Source: an uncultured Selenomonas sp. (GTDB taxonomy: Bacteria > Bacillota > Negativicutes > Selenomonadales > Selenomonadaceae). From it: a DNA stretch of 64,000 nucleotides. The position numbers were made by a program, and so were the translations under genes. Of this stretch, positions 49,418-57,817 are shown piece after piece. The number at the start of each line of letters is the position of its first letter. The stretch's first letter is position 1. The notes below the pieces were generated by a model that was given only the letters and a program-made list of their open reading frames with translations, did not search any database and had not been told where the DNA came from. The stretch is from contig CAMVGU010000012.1 of the NCBI GenBank assembly GCA_947167105.1, positions 19,559 through 83,558 of the forward strand. Direction: 5' to 3'.

Positions 49418-49678
49418 CTAAAATTTGAAATCATCCTCTGCCAATAGTGCCCTTGGAGGGACACCCAACGCCTCCGCAATGTCAAGGAGCGTAATCACCG
49501 CAAAACTTTCAAGGTCGGCACGCTCGATCTTGCTCATGTAGCTGACGCTGATGCCGATGTTTCGTGCCAGTTCCGCCTGTGATAGTCTCCGTTGCTTCCG
49601 ATAATAGGCAATCCGGTTCCCGATTCTTTGGAATGTGGCCTTGTGCCGTTCCAATGCCCCCAATGACATCCCCTCCAT
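49418..49678 (-). CDS. XRE-family HTH transcriptional regulator
   Basis: IGNRIAYYRKQRRLSQAELARNIGISVSYMSKIERA. The start is uncertain: in-frame ATGs at 49678 and 49669, and the track starts at 49828. Confidence 0.75.
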   Translation of the reverse strand: MEGMSLGALERHKATFQRIGNRIAYYRKQRRLSQAELARNIGISVSYMSKIERADLESFAVITLLDIAEALGVPPRALLAEDDFKF

Positions 49679-49864
49679 CCATAGTATACATGGCTTATGC
49701 ACCATGTATCGCGCCCGTATCCTGCGGAAATTGTCAATCATAGTGCCAGTAAATGAGTAAGCCTTTGTGGTTACAGTATAGCGGGGCTGAAATTCGCAGG
49801 GTTGTCCATTTTGGACAAAAAATAGCACTTCCCGGCGATGGGAAGTGCCGCTTGCGTGTGAAAT

Positions 49865-51253
49865 TCAGTCTGTTTCGGGGTTAATCCATATATAGTAGGA
49901 GAAGGAACTGCTTTTTAAGTGAGGCGTGTCCGAGGAAAAGGAAAGCCAAATATATTTCCCGTTTCTTTGCAGCATCCTACCGCCCAACGGTATCGCGATT
50001 TGAGCGGTACTGCCCGGAAGAATGGCAGTATTGTAGTGTTCCATTGTAGCATTTTCATTTATGGCAGCCTTCAAAGTGGCTGCTTCTATGGGGACTCCGC
50101 TATGGTTTTCAATCGTGAGGACGATTTCCCAGTCGGAGGGGAAATACTTAGTCAGCATGGGCGTTGTTCCTGCTGTTTCCCAGGCTTCCCATTCGGCTTT
50201 TGGTACGGTGATATTGTACTTTCCTCCAGCACCGAGATTTTCGTTGCCCACAGCAAGGGACAGTCCAATATCCTCCGATGACAATTTTTTCGGTTCCTTT
50301 GCCACCTCTGGTATTGGCTGTGGTATAATGGGGACGTTCTCTTGGGTGGATGGAGATTCTGCCAAACCCGGAGAATCCGACGATACCGATTCGTTGGAGG
50401 GTTTCGGCTCTTCCAAAGGTGTTTCGATATGGGCCGGGGTATCTGTCCTCTGTTCCTCAGGGGACTCCGGCGGCAGAGCCTGTTGCCGCATCCAATATCC
50501 CACTCCGAAAATGACACAGGCAACGAGAATGAGGGCAGCTATCCGTAACGGGCGGCGGTAGGATGGACGAAGCAGGGCAGCTTTCAACTCATCTGCGTTT
50601 TGGTAACGGTCTTTGGGGTCTAACGCCGTGCATTTATCAAGTACCGCTGTCAGCCAGCCGTGATTGCCTTCCTCCAAAAGCTCCTTCATGGTCACGCCCA
50701 GGGCATAGATGTCGCTTCTTGCATCTGTCTGTCCGAAGCCATACTGCTCCGGCGGAGCGTAGCCAGAGGTGCCGAAGGCTCTGGTGTCCGGCGAGTTTTC
50801 CCTGTGCATTTCCCGCGCTACTCCGAAATCCAAGAGCCTTGCCTGTCGCTCCCCTTGTAAGATGATGTTGGAGGGCTTGATGTCACGATGGATGATTCCT
50901 GCCTGATGGAATGCTGTCATGCCATCCAGAAGCTGAAGCATGATGTTTTTGACTTCGGCAGGGGAAAATCGTCTGCCAGTCTCGATTTCTGCCGACAGTG
51001 TATTGCCGCTGACGTATTCCTCGACTACCCATGTCGTACCGTCTTCTTCTGCCGTAAACAGGATGCGAGGCCAAAGCGGGTGAGCTATCTCTTTCAGTTT
51101 TCGGAAGGGAAGCCCTGTGGTACTGAGCTGCTTGACGACAACAATCTGCCCTGTGCCATCCTTGGCGAGCCATATACTGCTATGCTCTGTTTTTTTGAGC
51201 AGTTCGACCTTTGTATATTCCGCTTTTATATAGGATGCTACCCGTTTGTCCAC
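49865..51253 (-). CDS. Hanks-type Ser/Thr protein kinase with a TM and an extracytoplasmic C-domain
   Basis: Kinase subdomains (VVVKQL, HRDIKPSNIIL, DFGVAR, GTSGYAPPE). TM LRIAALILVACVIFGVGYW. A Pro/Ser/Glu linker and a ~150-aa C-domain. GTG start with GAGGGGG upstream. Confidence 0.9.
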   Translation of the reverse strand: MDKRVASYIKAEYTKVELLKKTEHSSIWLAKDGTGQIVVVKQLSTTGLPFRKLKEIAHPLWPRILFTAEEDGTTWVVEEYVSGNTLSAEIETGRRFSPAEVKNIMLQLLDGMTAFHQAGIIHRDIKPSNIILQGERQARLLDFGVAREMHRENSPDTRAFGTSGYAPPEQYGFGQTDARSDIYALGVTMKELLEEGNHGWLTAVLDKCTALDPKDRYQNADELKAALLRPSYRRPLRIAALILVACVIFGVGYWMRQQALPPESPEEQRTDTPAHIETPLEEPKPSNESVSSDSPGLAESPSTQENVPIIPQPIPEVAKEPKKLSSEDIGLSLAVGNENLGAGGKYNITVPKAEWEAWETAGTTPMLTKYFPSDWEIVLTIENHSGVPIEAATLKAAINENATMEHYNTAILPGSTAQIAIPLGGRMLQRNGKYIWLSFSSDTPHLKSSSFSYYIWINPETD

Positions 51254-51310
51254 ATTGTCACCCCCTCAATCACGATTTTGTATTACTTCATTATATCATA
51301 GCAGGAAAGG

Positions 51311-51748
51311 ATGGGAAGGATGCCCGCCAAGGATACGGATGAACTTGTCCACGAATTGAAAAGCTCTCGCAGTATGGCAGCCTTCCTGCAGGAGAATCGG
51401 GATGAAATGGTGTCGCGCTCCCTGCCAGAGTACCTCGCGCAACTTTTAGCGGAGAAAGGTATGTCCCAGAAGGAGGTCATCAAGGCATCGGGGCTTTCGG
51501 CAAGCTACGCCTGTCACATCTTTTCCGGAGAACGCAGCACCACCCGCCCTAAAATGCTGGCCATTGCCCTTGCCATGAAGCTGACCGTGGAGGAAACACA
51601 GTACCTGCTCCATTATGCAGGACTGCCGCAGCTTTACGCCCGTGTGCCGTGGGACAGCATCATTATACATGCCATCAGCCATCAGAAATCGGTCATTGAT
51701 ACCAATCTGCTTCTGGACGATTTTGGAGAGCGGCCTTTACTTGCCTGA
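51311..51748 (+). CDS. HTH-domain regulator, divergent from the kinase gene
   Basis: LPEYLAQLLAEKGMSQKEVIKASGLSASYACHIFSGER resembles an XRE-like HTH. Followed by a ~70-aa C-domain of unknown function. Confidence 0.65.
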   Translation: MGRMPAKDTDELVHELKSSRSMAAFLQENRDEMVSRSLPEYLAQLLAEKGMSQKEVIKASGLSASYACHIFSGERSTTRPKMLAIALAMKLTVEETQYLLHYAGLPQLYARVPWDSIIIHAISHQKSVIDTNLLLDDFGERPLLA

Positions 51749-51948
51749 ACCTTGCTGTGATGGCCGAGGGAGGACATGCCCAATCCGGGATATTCCTTCC
51801 AACGGCAGTCGGATTCTCCATGCTCCATAACAATAATATATACCTGAAGAATTTCAGTTTAGCATAGACGGTCTTCCATAATGGGAAACATCCTTTTCTG
51901 TCCTCAAAAACCACAACATAGTGGTAATGAGGAAGGGAGGTGATTCCA

Positions 51949-52149
51949 ATGACGATAACGAAGTCTGTCTTTTATGTGTCCGAGGCGGCAACGCTCCTTA
52001 ACTGTGCTCCTTACTGCATTTATCAGCTGATTCGCTCAGGACAGCTAAAGGCTTACAAGAATCCGGGCGGAAGAGCGTGGCTGATTCCGGAACAGTCCAT
52101 CAGAGATTACATTGAATCGCGCATTCATCTTGATGACTACGGCGGTTGA
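51949..52149 (+). CDS. Excisionase-family HTH DNA-binding protein
   Basis: YVSEAATLLNCAPYCIYQLIRSGQLKAYKNPGGRAWLIPEQSIRDYI. ATG at 51949 with GGGAGG upstream. Confidence 0.75.
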   Translation: MTITKSVFYVSEAATLLNCAPYCIYQLIRSGQLKAYKNPGGRAWLIPEQSIRDYIESRIHLDDYGG

Positions 52150-52234
52150 TGCGCTGTTACGGAATGTTTTCCTGCACTTTCATCTTCAGAGCATGAATGA
52201 ACACAGACCATAGGCAACAAATGGAGGAAATCCT

Positions 52235-52420
52235 ATGAACAATGCTGAATCCGACCTGATAACACTGGAGGAACTTTGCGAGATCCTGATGATCGGAAGG
52301 AGCGCCGGATATCAGTTGCTGGCTTCTGGCGAGATTCCTTGCTTTCGCATCGGAAGGATATGGAAGATACCGAGAGAGGGAGTGGATGTGTACATCCGCA
52401 GGCAGAGTGGATTGTCATAA
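52235..52420 (+). CDS. Excisionase-family HTH DNA-binding protein (second copy type)
   Basis: LITLEELCEILMIGRSAGYQLLASGEIPCFRIGRIWKIPREGVDVYI. Confidence 0.75.
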   Translation: MNNAESDLITLEELCEILMIGRSAGYQLLASGEIPCFRIGRIWKIPREGVDVYIRRQSGLS

Positions 52421-52545
52421 GGAGGGGCGCTTGGCTCGATGGCCAAGCGTCCTTCCTTATGACAATGCAGATGCAATCATTATGAGTTAATATTATTTAC
52501 ATCTGCCATACAATGTGCTATCATTACAGAAAAAGGAGGTGCGCT

Positions 52546-52821
52546 ATGGCTCAGACTACTATCAGCATTCGTATGGATGACCATCTGAAGCATCAATTTG
52601 AGGAGTTTTGCGGTGCAATAGGCATGAGCATGACCACAGCGTTTAATGTTTTTGCCAAGGCAGCTGTCCGTGAACAGAAAATCCCCTTTGAGATTTCCGC
52701 TAAATCAGTCTCTACGGCCATTGCTTCCGGCAACCAAGTAGCTGATGATGAAATTGCCATGAATCTGGCTACAAGGCTGATTGCAGAAAATCGACCTGCC
52801 CTTGAGGTGTTGGCCAAATGA
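52546..52821 (+). CDS. RelB/DinJ-family antitoxin
   Basis: TISIRMDDHLKHQFEEFCGAIGMSMTTAFNVFAKAAVREQKIPFEI is the DinJ ribbon-helix-helix pattern. RBS AAAGGAGG. Its stop overlaps the toxin start (ATGA). Confidence 0.85.
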   Translation: MAQTTISIRMDDHLKHQFEEFCGAIGMSMTTAFNVFAKAAVREQKIPFEISAKSVSTAIASGNQVADDEIAMNLATRLIAENRPALEVLAK

Positions 52822-53195
52822 TTCTTTTATCGAAGCAGCAGCTTATTGCTATTCACGACCAAATTATATTGGCCACGGGAGGCACGACCGGCGTACGTGA
52901 CGAGGGCCTGCTGGATGCAGCAATCGCAGCTCCTTGGCAGACTTTCGGTGGCAATGAACTCTTCCCTTCACTGGAGGAGAAGGCTGCACGCCTGGGATAT
53001 GGGTTGGTAAATAATCATCCGTTCATAGACGGCAACAAGCGTATAGCTGCTGTGGCAACACTGGAAATTCTGGCCTTGAACGGAGTTCATCTGTCATACA
53101 GTCAAATCGAGTTGTCCGATATCTTTCTGGAGGTCGCCGCTGGACAATCCAATCAGGACGTGCTGCTGGAATGGATAAGAAGCCACAAGATATAA
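52818..53195 (+). CDS. doc: Doc (death-on-curing) / Fic-family toxin
   Basis: GVRDEGLLDAAI......KAARLGYGLVNNHPFIDGNKRIA contains the Doc/Fic core motif H-x-F-x-D-G-N-K-R. Confidence 0.9.
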   Translation: MILLSKQQLIAIHDQIILATGGTTGVRDEGLLDAAIAAPWQTFGGNELFPSLEEKAARLGYGLVNNHPFIDGNKRIAAVATLEILALNGVHLSYSQIELSDIFLEVAAGQSNQDVLLEWIRSHKI

Positions 53196-53424
53196 TGAAT
53201 GTATGGCAGAGGGGAAGCCAATGGGTATGGATCCGTGGTTAGATGAGATTGAGAATCGGGGAAGACTAAAACTGCAGGAAGGCTCTGCATCATGAATCAA
53301 CAGGCGCGACTCCACCTTTTACAGAGGCTCGTCCTTCCCTATCCATGTCAACGCCAACCTTGTCACTGCCAAAAAGTCCCTCTTCTGAGAAGGATTGCGT
53401 TCCTTTTCCTCAGATTTCAGGACA

Positions 53425-53913
53425 TCAACAGCTTTTGCAGCAACGGGACAGTCCGTAGCGGTAAGCCGCTGCACTGATCTGCTCCTTCAGATACCTCAGT
53501 TGCGGCTTCCAAAGGTCAAAGCGCACACCGGTCTCCATTCCGACGTTGTTCACGATGAAATGGGTGTGTAGCCCCGGCGGCTCGTCAAAGTGGATAGCCA
53601 TGAGCACCTGTTTCCGCTCGGCAAAGGCGGAAAGGATTTCGGCAACCTCCACACTGAAGTAGAAATAGGACTCCTCGTTATATTTGTCATCATTCCGCGG
53701 ATTGAACAGGCAGTGGTGAAATGCCTTGCCATCCATCTGGTCAAATATTTCCTTCACCCATACCATCTGTTCATAGGTGAAGATCGGAGAGACCCATGCA
53801 CCGTAAATGAAAGCGAGCTTTGCAGCATCTGGACGTATCACGTAATTGATTCTGTCATAAAGATTCTCTATGGGGTTGGCCCCTTGGAACACTCTAAATA
53901 TTGACATAACCAT
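53425..53913 (-). CDS. Short relaxase/mobilisation nuclease-domain protein (MobA/VirD2-like)
   Basis: A Tyr-containing N-terminus (NLYDRINYVIRPD) and a histidine triad AIHFDEPPGLHTHFIVNNV (H-x-D...H-x-H). Only ~162 aa, so it may be truncated or a minimal relaxase. Overlaps the mobC-like gene. Confidence 0.55.
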   Translation of the reverse strand: MVMSIFRVFQGANPIENLYDRINYVIRPDAAKLAFIYGAWVSPIFTYEQMVWVKEIFDQMDGKAFHHCLFNPRNDDKYNEESYFYFSVEVAEILSAFAERKQVLMAIHFDEPPGLHTHFIVNNVGMETGVRFDLWKPQLRYLKEQISAAAYRYGLSRCCKSC

Positions 53914-54289
53914 GCATCTCCTTCTCCGCCAATTCCCGATTACTGAGATACTTGTCATTCAAATTTTCAACAAAAGATTCAATATTGACGGCAAGTGGCT
54001 TTACAAGCATCTGGTCATTAGAAGAACAGGCAACTTTGAGTTCATTGACCTTCTTTTCAAGATTTTGCAAATCTCTTCGCACGGCAAGCGTGTTCTGGTT
54101 GAACGTATTTTCTACCTTCGATATGCGTTTCATGACATCTTTTTGCCCATAATAGACGTTGACGGTTCCTTTTTCAATCAGATCTCTGATAATGGTTCCC
54201 TTTGTCTTGCCGGATTTCCTCTTGAAATCATTCAGTTTATCGTGGCTTTCTTTATCCAAGCGCACATTGAGCTGATAGGTCTTTTTCAT
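53894..54289 (-). CDS. MobC-like relaxosome accessory protein (RHH)
   Basis: KKTYQLNVRLDKESHDKLNDFKRKSGKTKGTIIRDLI is the MobC/RHH-type N-terminus. RBS GGAGG. Sits directly upstream of the relaxase-domain gene. Confidence 0.65.
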   Translation of the reverse strand: MKKTYQLNVRLDKESHDKLNDFKRKSGKTKGTIIRDLIEKGTVNVYYGQKDVMKRISKVENTFNQNTLAVRRDLQNLEKKVNELKVACSSNDQMLVKPLAVNIESFVENLNDKYLSNRELAEKEMHGYVNI

Positions 54290-54309
54290 TGCGATACCTC
54301 CATAAAGAA

Positions 54310-54500
54310 TCTTGTATGGCTTTTGCTATACATTGCTATACATTCTCTATCTTGATATATGATTTCCCTATACAATCCAGGTGTTTTTCAAGTTCTGTTC
54401 GTCTTATTTATCACTATGATTGCTATTACTGTTATCTTCAACCTATATAAGGACTATTTATCTTCATATATCACTAGGATAGATTACCTTTATGTTAGTA
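54310..54500. promoter_or_regulatory. Repeat-rich AT-rich region upstream of mobC (candidate oriT/ori iterons)
   Basis: Tandem gctatacatt x2 (54325-54344) plus ctatacaat (54368-54376). atcactatgat / atcactaggat repeated ~60 bp apart (54410-54420, 54470-54480). Non-coding. Confidence 0.4.
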
Positions 54501-54716
54501 ATGATTAGAAAATAACATTGCAAGTCTGGCTGTTCAGTAGAGACTGCAAAAGGGCAACGCAATAGTACGAAATAATTGTCGGTAACGGAAACACAGGCTG
54601 TGTATGTATGCAAGAACTTTTTTCTCGTCGTAATCTACCGTAATTCTGCTGATATCTCCCCAAAAATATACGCTCGTTTACATGCATACATCCAGTCTTG
54701 AATCAACTTCAAAGCT

Positions 54717-54755
54717 CGAAAAAGGCGTGACGCATAAGCCGTATGCGACACGCCC
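54717..54755 (-). terminator. Terminator of the primase-helicase gene
   Basis: ggcgtgacgcata / tatgcgacacgcc imperfect stem. On the minus strand it is followed by TTTTTCG. Confidence 0.75.
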
Positions 54756-54784
54756 TTGAAACCGGTTAGCGCTTTACTGAAGGG

Positions 54785-56554
54785 TTAGGTATTATGCTCC
54801 CTCAGCGCGTAAAGTTTTCCGCTTCCGTTTCTTTTTACAATCATCTCTTCGCCGAAGCAATTTTTTAAAGCTTTTCCTAACACAGGCTTAGTCATAGAGA
54901 AGTCCGGATACTCCTTCCGCGCTATATCCAAAATTTCTTCCATCGTCATCATCTTATCAGTTTCTTCTGTCGGTTCGAAAAGTTCTTCCAATATGGATTT
55001 TACCTTGTCATCATCTGAGCACATGGTCTGCATCGAACACAAAGACGTATCTTCTGCATCCACCGAATCGTCTTCAATGCACTCATTAACGGGAGTAGAA
55101 ATGGAGAACCTTCCGCCGTTATTGAGCACTTCGCTGAATGCATGAAGTGCTTTTCTTACAATACCATACTTTTCGGTCGGCAAAAATTTCAATTCAAAGT
55201 TGTTGATTTCATCATTGTCGGTTGGCATAGGTTTTGCGAATGGGAGAACTACGATGCGGTTGATTAAAGCGGCTTCTAATCGTCCATCATCACCGGAGAA
55301 CAATTTATGGTTTGTGCAGAGCAGAATCTTATAAAGGGAGTCGTTACCGTCCGCAAGGCTTTTGATATAACTCATCTGTTTCTTCGTAATCGCCTTGTCT
55401 GCGGCATCCTTTATATGTATAAGACGGGCCGCATCAAGTTCATTGCGCATCTGCGGCTGTGTGATATCGGCTAAATCAGGTGTTTCCAAACAGTCAAATT
55501 TACCAATAAGATCGGTTATAATGTTGGCCAATCTGGATTTCCCTCCATTGGATTTACCCTGGAAAACATACACTTTTTTCAGAAGCTGCTTGGGGGATAA
55601 TAACGCACCAATATACTGATAGGCAAGGTGTACAAGTTCTTGGTCATTCTCGAAGATAACATTCAACATCAAATCAAACACTTTTGGTTCTTCGGCCTTT
55701 TCTATGTATTCATAATTCATCGAGAACTTGTTATAATACCCCTTAGGGTTCGTCGGATAGAATCTATCCTCGCTAATATCGAAGTAGCCATTAGAGAACA
55801 TAATCTGGTGATCCTCTAATACAGTCAGTCCTGAGTTTTCAGGCAGTGGGATTGCATGTTTCAGTTTATGAAACAGCATATTCGTGTCAGCGTTGGTTAA
55901 GTCCTTGCCATCCAATTCATAGCAATACTCTTGAAAATCGAGTCTCATATCTGCTTCTTCATAAACAACATGACGGAACGCATCACTATCATATTTCATG
56001 AAAAAGAATTTATTACGAGTAGTATTCTTTTGACGAAGCTTAACAATCAAGCGTTCTTGGATGAAACCTTGGATGAGGGCATCATTGCTGGTATTTCCTT
56101 TGAATATGACGTCAGTGGTATTATTGGTCAAAGTACCCTCGCCCGTAACTGGTTGGAGCTCTTTTCTTTTTATGGAAATTGCATAGTCAATCAGTCTTTT
56201 TTCCCGATATTCCTCTATACGCATCTGGTTTCTTGCTGAAGCTTTTGCGATTTCTATCCGTGCCATCTCGTATTCGTAATTCAATCTCTGGGACTGCTCA
56301 ATGCTTACGCCGACCAGAGGAATGTTTTCTGCTGGGATGAAATTTACCCCGTTAAGGGCAGTCATATAATCGTAATTCGGAAAATTATATCCCTGTGCGC
56401 GTATCGGCTGTCCTGTATTAGCAACATGATATGTTGGCTGATTATAAGGCCGTAATTTACCTGTTGATGCAGGATCATTATTATCAATCCGATTAAACAC
56501 TTTAATCTTTTCATCGGGATCGACCTGTCTCACTACCCGGATCTTCTTCTGCAT
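54785..56554 (-). CDS. P4/D5-family primase-helicase-like replication protein
   Basis: 589 aa. Central P-loop VFQGKSNGGKSRLANII with downstream Walker B-like LIHIKDA. Size and layout resemble phage/plasmid primase P4-family C-terminal NTPases. No primase catalytic motif could be confirmed by eye. Confidence 0.65.
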   Translation of the reverse strand: MQKKIRVVRQVDPDEKIKVFNRIDNNDPASTGKLRPYNQPTYHVANTGQPIRAQGYNFPNYDYMTALNGVNFIPAENIPLVGVSIEQSQRLNYEYEMARIEIAKASARNQMRIEEYREKRLIDYAISIKRKELQPVTGEGTLTNNTTDVIFKGNTSNDALIQGFIQERLIVKLRQKNTTRNKFFFMKYDSDAFRHVVYEEADMRLDFQEYCYELDGKDLTNADTNMLFHKLKHAIPLPENSGLTVLEDHQIMFSNGYFDISEDRFYPTNPKGYYNKFSMNYEYIEKAEEPKVFDLMLNVIFENDQELVHLAYQYIGALLSPKQLLKKVYVFQGKSNGGKSRLANIITDLIGKFDCLETPDLADITQPQMRNELDAARLIHIKDAADKAITKKQMSYIKSLADGNDSLYKILLCTNHKLFSGDDGRLEAALINRIVVLPFAKPMPTDNDEINNFELKFLPTEKYGIVRKALHAFSEVLNNGGRFSISTPVNECIEDDSVDAEDTSLCSMQTMCSDDDKVKSILEELFEPTEETDKMMTMEEILDIARKEYPDFSMTKPVLGKALKNCFGEEMIVKRNGSGKLYALREHNT

Positions 56555-56711
56555 TTGTATCCTCTCCTTTGCCTATCATCCCGTCTACACAGATAGAAAA
56601 GCCACAGACAGGCCGTGCTATCGCCTTGCCTGTGACGTTTCCTTGCTCTTACCGAGGATTATACATTCGGCCATCGCGCTAGTCAATGAGGCCGCCGAGG
56701 CGGCTGATCCG

Positions 56712-56732
56712 TGGGCCTTATTTGGGCCTTAT
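56712..56732 (+). repeat. Arm-type repeat, right arm
   Basis: tgggccttatttgggccttat, identical to 31448-31468. Confidence 0.6.
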
Positions 56733-56891
56733 TTGCCAATGACACATATGATTTCAGTGCTATTCGCAGCAATTTTTCTAAAAATTTCGTATCATCGTTT
56801 TCCTCTCGTGAAATAGGCGGAATCCTTGATTTACAAGGGGGGGAGCTGGACTAAGAATTTTTTTTTGAGGCCAGCAAAAATTCCTTCATTC

Positions 56892-56938
56892 GCATTCGTA
56901 ATGAGCAGGTCGTAGGTTCAAGTCCTATAACCAGCTCC
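56892..56938 (+). repeat. attR (displaced original 3' half of tRNA-Thr)
   Basis: cattcgtaatgagcaggtcgtaggttcaagtcctataaccagctcca. Its AACCAGC is perfectly complementary to the tRNA 5' acceptor strand GCTGGTT at 31309-31315. Confidence 0.85.
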
Positions 56939-56950
56939 AGTGAATTCAAG

Positions 56951-56977
56951 GCCTCCGGGGATGCCGGAGGCTTTTTT
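56951..56977 (+). terminator. Original tRNA-Thr terminator, now separated from the gene by the island
   Basis: gcctccgg / ccggaggc stem, followed by tttttt, 12 nt after attR. Confidence 0.8.
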
Positions 56978-57296
56978 GTGTGCCTTCCCTGCCCATTTTT
57001 TCAAAAGCTATGGCAAACCTGCGCAGGAATGGGAATCGGTAAATATGCTTAAATATGAGAGGCGTTCCCAAGGGCTGTCCATGTGTGGGCAGCCTTTTCT
57101 GTTATTCTGCTGTGTCACTTTACAGAACAGACATAAAATCAATCCAAGTATGATTTACATTGTAAACCTATCGTGATATAATAAACATACTGGACACCTT
57201 CGGTGTCCACACGCCCTTGCACGAAATCTAAGCTCATCTGCGCCCTGCGGACTTGATACGCTAAGATTTCGTAGTAAAAGAAAAGGTGGTGTGGTA

Positions 57297-57485
57297 ATGG
57301 CTACAGTTCCAACTCAAATAAGAATCGATCGCGAGATCAAAACGCAGGCAACAGCTCTTTTTGCCAGTCTTGGCTTAGATATGTCAAGCGCAGTCAATTT
57401 GTTCCTTCGCCAGTGTGTTCTGCGGAGAGGCATCCCATTTCCGATTGAAATGCCAAAAAATGAAACAGAAGAAATGGACAAATGA
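57297..57485 (+). CDS. RelB/DinJ-family antitoxin, orphan (no intact toxin downstream)
   Basis: MATVPTQIRIDREIKTQATALFASLGLDMSSAVNLFLRQCVLRRGIPFPIEMP. RBS AAAAGGTGG. Confidence 0.8.
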   Translation: MATVPTQIRIDREIKTQATALFASLGLDMSSAVNLFLRQCVLRRGIPFPIEMPKNETEEMDK

Positions 57486-57726
57486 CATGCTGCGAGCAGC
57501 ATCCAGGAGAGCCGTGATAAATTTATGAGTGACAACCAGACAAATGAAAATCTGTAACTCTTAACGGGAAAACCGATTATCACCAGTAAAAAAGCCTCTG
57601 AGCTGAATCATGTAGTGACACAGATGATAGAGGCGAGCGTGAGAGAGATTTCGGGAGAAAAGTGAGACTTTGTATCTGCTGGTTGCTTCTTGTTACTGAT
57701 GAAAAAACCTTATCGGATATAATTGA

Positions 57727-57817
57727 CTGATCGTGATATAAAAATGTCAGCAACTACTCTTTTTCAGTCTTGGCTTGAATATGTTTAGTACATTCAATTT
57801 GTTTCTTCATCAGTGTA
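57727..57817 (+). pseudogene. 5' part of a second DinJ-like gene (frameshifted, interrupted by an IS)
   Basis: Nucleotide-level similarity to 57330-57425 (..gatcgtgatataaaaatgtcagcaactactctttttcagtcttggcttgaatatg..). There is a 2-nt deletion relative to the intact copy and a missing N-terminus. Ends at the IS insertion point. Confidence 0.7.

Larger units (their letters stand above)
31338..56938. mobile_element. Integrative mobilizable element (~25.6 kb) inserted in the 3' half of tRNA-Thr
   Basis: Bounded by 47-bp direct repeats (43/47 identical; a 20-bp perfect core cattcgtaatgagcaggtcg). Carries a tyrosine integrase + Xis next to attL, MobC + a relaxase-domain gene, a primase-helicase and a TA pair. 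No capsid, tail or conjugative-pore genes. Base composition is mosaic. Confidence 0.88.

Noticed and set aside
54325-54344. Tandem and dispersed short repeats checked as a possible CRISPR array (also the GGGCCTTAT tandems at 31448 and 56712).
   Set aside because: There are only two or three copies of 9-13 bp units, with no regular repeat-spacer periodicity and no cas genes. They are more consistent with iterons or arm sites.
31338-56938. Prophage interpretation of the island.
   Set aside because: There are no terminase, portal, capsid, tail or lysis genes. The presence of MobC, a relaxase-domain gene and a primase-helicase fits an integrative mobilizable element instead.
57173-57290. Structured leader upstream of the intact DinJ gene (hairpin ctggacacc/ggtgtccac and long-range pairing cgaaatct.../...agatttcg), considered as a regulatory RNA.
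   Set aside because: The pairings are short and imperfect. With no comparative support available, this may be an ordinary terminator or operator region.
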